Source: Schmidtea polychroa
Lineage: Eukaryota
Direction of reading: 5' to 3'
Length of the DNA: 64,000 bases
Assembly: GCA_044892525.1 (NCBI GenBank)
Contig: CM097888.1
Location: 41,106,001 to 41,170,000, forward strand
Shown piece by piece: positions 40,730 to 50,500 of this stretch. A program made the translations under genes and the position numbers. Position 1 is the stretch's first letter. The number at the start of each line of letters is the position of its first letter. The notes beneath the pieces were generated by a model. That model searched no databases. It was given only the letters and a program-made list of their open reading frames with translations, and was not told the DNA's origin.

Positions 40730-41713
40730 TGTTGAGGTCTCGATATTCGGGAACACTCAACTTACTGGTTCTTATATATGTACAAATATATCAAAAGACA
40801 AAGTGATTTATAAAACTTTTATTATAAAGAAAAATTTACCAATATGAATTTGTTGCTAGATTACAAAAATCCAAAAATCCTTCAAATATCCAACCGAATA
40901 TGCTTGTATGTACTGTGTGAATGTTATGTATTCTCTTGCTGTGTTGCGTGTAGGCTTTTGAACGTTTCTGTTTGTCTGTTCGAGTTTTAGCACTAATAAG
41001 GATTAACCTTTTTAGTATGTTAACGCGGTTAAAATTTTGGGGCCAAAAAAATGAATTTTGACTCGCTATTTATACTTTTTCTTTTAAGAGAAAATGATTA
41101 AAAATTTAATTAATATATTTTAAGTATTCTTAAGTATGCTTAAAAAATGAATTTAATATATTTTAGCAGATGTTTTTCCTTAATACTCTAACAGATATTA
41201 TTTAACCAGATGTTTTTCTTACTCTATTATTTAATAATTACAATTATTTTTCCTTACAACTTGCGTGCATTATTTTAACAAAATTTAGATTTCTAATTAT
41301 TTTATAGTATTATTATTATTTCATTATATTATTTATCTCTACTTATAAAACTAATTATTAATGATTTAATTTACCCTTTTATAAAAATATTAAATGTATA
41401 CGGAAAGATATATTAAATAAAAATTAACAGCTACTCAAAAATATGTACAAACTTCTATAGAATAAAAATAATTAATATATACACCAATAATATCATAAAG
41501 AAATAAAATAAGTAAAATAAAGGATAGTCCAAATGACACAGCATGAATAAAGTAAATAATGAATTTAGTTAACACATAATCGTCAATATTTTGAATTGTC
41601 CGGCTTTGGTTGTCTGGGTTCCACATAGATATTGACTCTGAACTTGTTGCTGCCCGTTCTATAGTAGTGTGTTAGTTCAAACTCTTCAATTCTTCTTCCT
41701 CTGTCATCCAACA
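40730..41713 (-). repeat. 3' LTR (984 bp)
   Basis: Identical to 56049-57032 except GTA (41015-41017) vs TGT (56334-56336). AATAAA on the minus strand at 40818-40823. Confidence 0.97.
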
Positions 41714-42101
41714 CTCCTCCTAGGGTCGATAAAGTAATGTCCTCATTACCTTTATCGCTAAGGACCAATTCGATTTCGCAACCGTTTATATACATTGTTG
41801 CTCTTTGGAATCCTTTCTTCAATGCCAATTTTAACACATCACCATCAATAATTCGTCTGCCGAAGTGTTGATGTATTTCTTTTTCCGAGATAGTGGATCT
41901 TCCCTCTTTGATGATGAACATTGGCTCCTCCAACTCGACATTTGGCTCTGATCCTAGTTCGTCATCTATCTGCATTGCTTCGCTCGGTGAGAAATATTCT
42001 TCATCCGAGTCTAAATCACATTGTGGGTCAGCATAGTTGTAACTACTTGATGTCTGAGGTTCTTCCTTTATTTTGATTGCTTGTGGTACGTCTGCTCCCA
42101 T
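41583..42101 (-). CDS. ORF4, 172-aa acidic protein running through the PPT into U3 of the 3' LTR
   Basis: True ATG at 42101. The frame crosses the LTR boundary at 41713. A diverged homologue at 13.6/15.5 kb supports coding status. Confidence 0.65.
   Translation of the reverse strand: MGADVPQAIKIKEEPQTSSSYNYADPQCDLDSDEEYFSPSEAMQIDDELGSEPNVELEEPMFIIKEGRSTISEKEIHQHFGRRIIDGDVLKLALKKGFQRATMYINGCEIELVLSDKGNEDITLSTLGGVLDDRGRRIEEFELTHYYRTGSNKFRVNIYVEPRQPKPDNSKY
41714..41721 (-). promoter_or_regulatory. Polypurine tract
   Basis: Minus strand AGGAGGAG immediately before TGTTGG of the 3' LTR. Confidence 0.65.
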
Positions 42102-42447
42102 CTTTATTGAATTTCAATTCTCTTTGTGAGGGTTCGATATATATATCTCCCTCAAATTCTTCTGGCTCATCGCTGTTTTCTTCTATTGGACTGAGTTGAT
42201 GGCCATTATTTTCCTTTTGGAATGCTGTCATATCCCACCTTATGACTTCTTCCCATTGCTTTTCGACCAAGAGGTAAATGACTTTTGCGATTAGTGTTGT
42301 ATCTTCTGCTGAGAACGGTTCGGGTTTTTTGAGGATGTTGTTGATTGCTTTCTTCCATTTTGGGTGTGTTGCGATTACCTTGTATGCGAGATTCGATAGT
42401 TTGATTCTGTGTGGTGCTACATTTTTGACGAATGAACACATGAACAC

Positions 42448-45400
42448 TAGGGTGGGTCGAAAATTTTTTTTTCTCCAAACATGCCTAAAAAGTTGTGCTT
42501 ATGCTAGAAAATGAAATATCCCTGCAAAAGACTGCTGTTTAAAAGGGTTTACAGGTCCCAACTTTTGTTTGTATGTATTAGTACTATCCCAGTAAAAATG
42601 CTCGCACACGTGCCATTGTAAATTCATCCTGCAAGCAGTCACACGCTTGCAGAAAGACCATTTTTGACATGCTCTATTCACAAGTCCGAGCTAACGCGTG
42701 CATGTATAGAGAGGTTAATTCACGGAAGCACCTTCACACAAGCACTCACAAAGACAATTTCTTCTGAACAATACTAACACACACACTACAGTCAACACAT
42801 AATCCACATGGATACTACTAGTCAGTCTAAACTCAGATAATTTAATTTGTTTCGATTGGATGTCAAGTGTTTGCTGGACCTAATTAAAAAAGTTAACTTG
42901 ATGATTCACTTTTATTTTGCCAGAGCTGAGTACAGAAGAGCAGTTATGAAGGAACAGAGAAATAAGCAATTTCGCAAAACAAGAAGTAAATCACGTCATT
43001 GTCTGTTTGGTCAAACTTGTGAACTACCCAGAAACCAATTACCTACTTGTGAAGATGTGTTTCGTGATTACTGTTATAATGAGAAATGTACGCAATTTCA
43101 TACTGGCTTTAACGAACAAGCAACTCTTCTCGCAAATAAGGTGAAGGAAATTTATATGAAGGCAAGTATCCCAACTGTTGAGTTCAGTAGTATTGTGGTT
43201 CGTGTCAAGCGACTAATATCAAAAGTGCGTGAATTAGAGAAGTATCCAGAATGCAAGAGGTCATCTGCCAAATTTCAAGATAAGTTAAGCTCGTTTTCCA
43301 AATAGTTTGACATATGTTGCTGCAAATGTTTTAATTATGGTGCTCGAGGAAGATTTCAGTGTACATGCCGATTGGCCTTGAAAATTCCTACCTTAGAGTG
43401 GGAGTTCTGGATTGACCAACAAACTACCAGAAACATGAAAATCGGAAATACGGACAGACAGGAAACCTCAAAATTGAAGAGAAAACAAACGAAAAGCAGC
43501 CCTACAGGAAAAGGAAAACAAATGAAAAATGAAATAATGGACACTGAAGTTAATGATCTACATCCGACCTCAAGAAGTGACACGGAGAGTGAAGCCGCTA
43601 GTGATGAAAGTAAAGATAAGTTAGACAATTCAACAGGAAGTTCAGAGTCAAGCGTAGAAGAATGTGATGAATTTCAAAATAGAAGACATTATCCTGAATT
43701 AAGTAAAGCTGTTGACAGATGTGGTGTGAGCAACAGAGACACGTGTTTGCTAGTAAACGCTTTTCTGAAAGATATGGAACTGTTATCCTCTCAAACAATC
43801 ATTGATCCCGCAAAATTACGGCGTCAGAGAAAGTACTGGAGGGAGAGAGAAATTGAACAGCATTCAGCAGAAGCGAAAAACTTGATTTGCCTCGGTTTCG
43901 ACGGGAAACAAGATTCCACCTTACTTCATAGAAGGATCCTAAAAGAGGAGCATTATGTGATTGTCGCCTTTCCAGGGGATACATATATCGATCATGTTGT
44001 ACCTCAAAGTAGTAAAGCTGTGGATATTGGCAAAGAAATCATGTCAATCATCGTTAGCACGCAGTCCTCACTGACCCTTCAAGCAATTGTGTGCGATGGA
44101 ACCAATACAAACACCGGAAAAAATAATGGAATAATCAGAAGACTCGAAAAAAGCCTAGGGCGACCTCTACAATGGCTGATATGCTTGTTGCATGCAAATG
44201 AATTGCCATTCAGGAAGTATTTTTCAGTCGTCGATGGTGGAGAAACAAAAGGTCCAAAAACGTCATGTGGTGAAATAGGAAGCGTTCTTGATTTTGATCC
44301 AAAAGACAAGCCCGTAGTAGCCTTTATGTCCCTTCCTGGAAAGGTCGTAGATATTAGTGAAAATGTCAAGAAAGAATTGAACACTGATCAATTGTATTTC
44401 CTCAGAGTATGCTTGGCAGTCCAGAAAGGGTACCACAACAACAAGGATGTCCCTTTTCTACAAATGGCACAACCAGGAAATTTGAATCACAGTCGCTGGC
44501 TAACGAAAGCTAATAGAATTCTGCGACTATATATGTCCGAAACTGCTCCATCTGAACCTCTCATGCGAATAGTGAAATTTATTGTCAATTTCTATGGACC
44601 GTCATGGTTTTATATAAAGACTCACTCGTCATGCCAAGATGGTGCAAGAAATATTTTTTATATGCTCCAACTTCTGCAGGATTTGGATCCATCAGACCAA
44701 GAAATCATCTTTCCTGTCATTCAGAACAACAATTACTTCTCACATCCAGAAAATATACTCCTAGCTGCTGTTGGTGATGATGATGAAGAAATCAGAAAGT
44801 TTGCAACAGAAAAAATCATAACTGCAAGACAAAATTTTCTCCCTTCCGAAGTGATTCGCACTATGGACAAGAATACTGTCTTTCTTCAGTCGTCTGCTAC
44901 ATCATATGTTGACATGATTGACTGGACAAAATGTAATTTGACGCCTCCCCCTCTTTTATCTCATATATTGGATCATGAATTGAAGATGAATAAGAAAATT
45001 ACATTAGAACAATTTCCCTGTCATTCTCAAGCCGTTGAAAGAGCCATCAAAGATGTTTCTTCTGCCAGTTGCAAAGTGTTTGGTCACAAGTCCAGACATG
45101 GTATGGTACTACTGTGTAAAAAATCAAGGAAGGAATTGCCCAAGGTGCAAAGCAAAATGATTTCACGTGACTTCTTTTTATGCCCTCGCTAATACATTTC
45201 TAAACTTTTGGCTGGATGTTTTTAATAAAAAATAATTTCGAAAGTTGATTTTTGTCTTTGAAAAGGATAATTCAAATTTGGCCCTTCCTAATCACTGACG
45301 TTGTCAGGATATATTTCAATGCGGGATGAGGACACAGAATATACTATCTCAGCCCAAGAGAGTAAATAATATACTTATAAGCTCTTAAGAAAGCTACATC

Positions 45401-45617
45401 TAAATATGGACAAAGGCGCAAAACACATTCCGACACTAGCCAAATTACATTGTTTTCACACTTATGTTGAACTGCATTTTCGGAGAAAAGTTGGGAGCAG
45501 TAAATGTCCATAAATCTAAGTAAAATGGTTTGATTCGATTTTTCTATACCAAAATACAACTTTTTAACCATGTTTCCTTTCTTGAACTCAAAATTTATTA
45601 ACATTCGACCCACCCTA
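42448..45617 (+). mobile_element. hATm-type DNA transposon (3,170 bp) nested in ORF3
   Basis: 14-bp TIR TAGGGTGGGTCGAA / TTCGACCCACCCTA. Perfect 8-bp TSD ATGAACAC. The subgroup name rests on the TAGGG ends and the FDGK.D motif. Confidence 0.92.
42847..45192 (+). pseudogene. hATm transposase with one in-frame TAG (43303-43305)
   Basis: The two track ORFs share a frame (SK*FDICCCKC). Motifs LGFDGKQD, VCDGTNTNTG, ICLLHANELP and PCHSQAVER. The true start is uncertain (possible short first intron). Confidence 0.85.
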
Positions 45618-46604
45618 ATGAACACATCTTCAGCTAACTCTCTGACTCCCATGACATTGTACAGATCTAATGTCAGCGTATTGAGTTTCTTTATTATTTC
45701 GTATCCCACAATGATTTTTCCGAGTAGCAGCTTCTGTATGTCGATCAGCGCTTGGTATTCGTCTTCATTTCCTCTTATTGAATCCCTGTCTGCTCTTGTC
45801 TTCTCCGGGTAATAATGTTGGATTTTGGTGCGTGGAGTCACCTTTTTATTGTATACGATTTCTCCTCTAAAATTTCTGATGCATATCTCTACTGGTCTGA
45901 GATTGTTATTGATGTCGCATACTTCTTTGACATCGACGAACATGATTGCCCTTTGTCGTTCGGGGATTGACAACTGTTGATGTGTGAATGACATCCGTTT
46001 CGAGATGAAATCCTGATGTATCACGATTTCCGACTGTATCATCTCTAATTCTCTGAAAGGATTGGGTATGGTTGGGACATATAGAATTTCGATAGCCATC
46101 ACACAGGGTAAATTGTTCATTTGGATGACCAAATTGTTGAAATCGTTTGGCACGCTTCGATTTGTCTTCATCGTCTTGATCACCACCGTGCAGTTGCTTG
46201 TTGTTATAATAGGGATTCGTTGTTGGCAAATTGAGACCTCCGTTCTGGTCATATGGAATAGTATTCTATGTGGGACTTTTCTTCCTTCATTTGCTGCGAT
46301 ATCTGCATTTTTGAACATATCATAGGTGCCTATTATATCTCTCAGCTTTATCCTTCGGGCTTCATTAAATTTAACTAAGTGCATTTCTCTTTCTTCGATT
46401 TCGCACTTCATTTCATTGGGTATGCAGACCTGGTTAGGGAAACTTCTGATGGTGATTGGTGAGCCGTCTGAGGTGATTTTATTTTGCAAATTTTTGTAGA
46501 AACTGTGGTATAGTTTTTGAATGGAGCAGCTGTATTGTTGGACTGGACGTTGTATGGGATTGAATGGTTTGGGATTGACTCTGGTATTGTTGGATTGCAT
46601 TTTT

Positions 46605-46625
46605 CTAAAAAAACAATATAAACAT
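46605..46625 (-). promoter_or_regulatory. Candidate 3' splice acceptor for an ORF3 subgenomic mRNA
   Basis: Minus strand TTTATATTGTTTTTTTAG|AAAAATG, with the AG ending 4 nt before the ORF3 ATG. Confidence 0.5.
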
Positions 46626-46741
46626 ATTTACAGCGCATTTGAGGCTTTACCTTATACGCTTCAATATAAATAAAAATATAAATATATGTGAGTTTAAATA
46701 TTATCATTGACCAATAGGAATTGAAATTATCTATATTATCT

Positions 46742-47572
46742 TTAAACCAATGAGGACATTGTGTATTGTCCTGGCCTATACTTATCCAAATGAAAATGCC
46801 CTGGTACATTTTTGACCAGTCGGTGCCGATACCGCTGCCTTTTCCATTTGTATTTTTTATACACTTGAACACTGGTGATAATAGCTAAAATACTCAATGC
46901 TAAAATGCTTGATGAGATTACATAGAAAGGCCATCGTGGTTTAGCAGGTTTTACTTGAAATGCTCTTAGTTCATCCCAGTTATTTATGATTATGGGTTTT
47001 CCCGTAGGTAATTTTACCAGTTTCCTATCAAACTGTCTTAGATTTTTTATTATTAATTTTTTGTATATTTGTCTAGTTACTTTAAATGTCGTTTCTCTAT
47101 CTGTGTTTGTTATCGTTTGTAATGACTGTTGGGTGGATGCCGAATTTGTGGTAGTTATTGTTATGGTGGTTGTTGGCATGCTATTATCTATGGGCTTATA
47201 TATGTTTGTGATAGTGGTTCTTATTCTTTTGCACCTTACTTGTGATGTGTCAACTAAGGTATTCCATTGTGCACAAAGTGTGTAATTAGTGTTAGGCTGT
47301 AGATTTATGAATTCAACATTGTCTCCTCTTTCAAATTCATTAGTTGATCTATTCTCAATTTTTTTCATAAGCTTGGGTATATCGTTCCCAGTTTCTAGAT
47401 ATAAGTCTCTTATGGGTGATTTATTCAAGTTATATACTTTAATCTTATACGGTGAAATGTTGATTAATATATCTTCCTCCATGTATTTTACTGAGTGTAT
47501 GCTCTCATTTTCTACTTCAGTTGATTTACATAGCCCTATAATTGTTAAAAAGATCGCTGCCATCATCAGTGC
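46742..47572 (-). other. Post-integrase type-I membrane protein domain (signal, FN3-like strand pattern, Thr-rich stalk, TM, basic tail)
   Basis: Hydrophobic ALMMAAIFLTIIGLCKS (47522-47572). Four N-X-S/T sequons. VEFINLQPNTNYTLCAQW, then PTTTITITTTNS, then TM FYVISSSILALSILAIITSV (46868-46928) followed by YKKYKWKRQRYRHR. Confidence 0.75.
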
Positions 47573-50500
47573 TTTTTGTGATCGTAATCCATATTTGTGA
47601 GGTGGTTTTTCTATTAACTCTGTTTCTGCTAGTTTGCATCTATTAACATGTACTATTATCGGATCCTCATTTTTATGTTTTTGTAAATGCAGGTTTTCAT
47701 GTACTACTTTTACTACTTCGTATGGTCCTTTAAATGGTCTTGCTAATTTAGTTGTTTTGCCTTTACCTACTTGTGGAGACATAAGTCTAACCTTATCTCC
47801 CACTTTAAAATTATGAGGTTTACTATTTTTATCGTAATCTGCCTTATATTGTTCTTGTCTAAATCTAACTTTTAAGTTTGCAACTTTATATACCTCTTGT
47901 AATCTCTCTTGCATTAATGTTACATAATCTGGCGCATCTAAATATTGTGATACTCGAGGCTCTCTTAAGAACATTAGAAAATATGGTGAATATCCCGTTG
48001 TCTCATTTGGTGTGATATTATGGATGTATGTGCATTGATTAACGTATTCATCCCAATCATTTTGGTTTTTTCCCACAAACACAGCTAATCTACTTAGCAA
48101 TGTCCCATTGAATCTCTCTACTAAACCATCGGTCTGAGGGTGGTATGCTGTTGTGTTGATTTTATGCATGTTAAATATGTTAGCTACTCTTTTTATAGTT
48201 TCACTCATGAAATTTTTCCCTTTATCTGTTAATAATTTTCTCGGTGTACCGATTTTAAAGATTATTTTTTCCACAAGTAATTTAGCTACTGTTTCTGCTG
48301 TTTCATCTTTTGTAGGAAATGCCTCTGCCCATTTTGTAAAATAATCGCTAAAAACTAGTATGTGCTTATTCCCATTAATTGTTGTGGGTAGTTTACACAA
48401 AAAATCCATTGCGCACAGTTCCATTGGTGATGTTGTAGCTGGGATTGGGTGTAAAGGTGCTTTAGTTTTTGTTCCTGTATTTTTTCTAGTTGCGCATATT
48501 GTGCATGCATTACACCATCTCTTGACATCCTTTTTCAAATCGTCCCAATAATATTTTTGCATCAATCTGCTTGCTGTTTTCCTACTTGATAAATGACCTC
48601 CTAAAGCACCATTGTGATATTGTAACAGAAGAATTTGTCTTAATCTTTGTGGTACTACTATTAATTGTTTACCGCTAAAATCCTCAATAACAATTAACTT
48701 CTTACAGATTTTATACTTTTGGTTAGTTCCCTTTTTTATTTCTTCTCTTATCTTGAAGAGTTCTGGATCTTTCATTTGTTCCTCATATATTTCTATTGGT
48801 TTTTCGGTTACTAATGCAAAAACTTCTAGTGCTCCTAACTCTGGAATTCGTGATAATGCATCTGCATTCCTGTTTATTCTACCTGATTTGTATGCAATCT
48901 TTATGTGCATGTCTTGTATTTTTATTGCCCATTTTAACAGTCTACTGGATGTATCTTTATGTTTCCATAACCCTTCTAATGGCTTATGGTCTGTTCTAAT
49001 TACTACTTCAGTTCCATATATGTATGGTTTAAATTGTTTTAATGCAAAAACTATAGCATAACATTCTTTCTCAATTGTTGAGTACCTAATCTGTGCTCCT
49101 TTTAATGTTTTGCTTGCATAAGCTATTACATAATCTTTACCCTTTTCCTCTTCTTGTCCTAAGACTGCCCCTATGGCCTTCCCGCTGGCGTCTGTCATGA
49201 CAATGAACTGTTTTTTAAAGTCTGGGTATCTTAGTATCGGTGCTGTTATTAATTTTTCTTTTAGTTGATCAAAAGCTTTTTGGTGTTCATCTTTCCATTT
49301 CTTTTGTGGCTTGTTAATTTTATCGTTAATCTCTTGTACTATTAACACTCCTTTACTCTCTCCCTTTGTTTTGACTCCTTTTGTTAACTCAATTAGTGGT
49401 GCTGCTATTTTTGCATAATCTTGTATGAATTTGCGATAATATCCTGTGAGACCTAAAAATCCCTGTACTTGTTGTAATGTTTTTGGAACTGGGAATTTTT
49501 TAACTACTTCAATTTTATCGGGATTAGGTATTATACCATCTACTGTAACTATATGTCCTAAGAATAATGCTGAAGGTTCTGCCCATTTACACTTAGTGGG
49601 TTTTATTTTGATTTTTGCTTTTCTTAATCTTTCTAGTACGTTAGCTATATCTTTTAGATGTTCCTCAAATGTTTTTGATGAAATTAATATATCATCCATA
49701 TATACTGCGCAATGTTGTACGTCTACTAATACTGTATTCATTAAACGTTGAAATGTTGCTGGCGCATTAGTTAACCCAAAAGGTAATCTTGTATATTCAT
49801 ATAAACCGTCTTCTATCACAAAAGCTGTCTTTTCCGCATCCCCCTCTTCCATTTGAATTTGCATGTAGCCTTTATTTGCATCTATTACTGTGAAATATTT
49901 AGTATCTCTAAGTTTATCATATTGTTCTTGTGCTTTTGGGAATGGGTATGAGTCTTTTACTGTTACATCATTTAATTTACGATAATCAATGCACATTCGA
50001 ATTTCCCCGTCTTTCTTTCTAACTGGTACGATAGGTGATGCCCATTGTGAAAAACTTTGTTTTATTACGCCTGCCTCTTTTAATTCTTTAATTTGTCGTT
50101 TTATTTCCTCCCTCAGTTTATATGGTACACTATAGGGTCTCTGTTTTATTGGTCTAGCATTCCCTGTATCGATTACATGTTTGATAATGTCAGTATCTCC
50201 TAAATCAAATTCGTGTTTTGCAAAAACATCACTGTATTCGTCAAGTAATATTTGTAGTTGTAGTTGTTGTGTTTCATTTAGATAATTATTATTTATTTTA
50301 ATCTTATCATAAAATTTAATATTATTCGCTCTACTCTGTTCGACCATTCTCTCACTGACATCACTCGTCATCGACATTTCACATACTTCAAATGTTTGCT
50401 CTAATTCACCTTTGAACAACTTTCCCAATTTTGTACCTTTATGAATTTTTACTTTATTTCTTTCGTAATTCGCGATTCTTATTGGAATTGTCCCATTATT

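Larger units (their letters stand above)
42043..46600 (-). pseudogene. ORF3, 459 aa after removing the hATm: unknown N-terminal half plus a REX4/ISG20-like DEDDh exonuclease fold with degenerate catalytic residues
   Basis: Joining 46600-45618 to 42439-42043 gives 1380 nt, open. MFVDVKEV, VEICIRNFRGEIVYNKKVTP, LLLGKIIVGY, IKLSNLAYKVI and FSAEDTT align with REX4-type motifs IDCEMV, RVSIVN..GEVLYD..VKP, LLKGRILVGH, SLK.LA..LL and HSSVEDA. Confidence 0.8.

Noticed and set aside
45344-45617. C-terminal 90 aa of the 418-aa track ORF (RVGRMLINF...)
   Set aside because: Read-through into the hATm right end. The real continuation is at 42439-42043.
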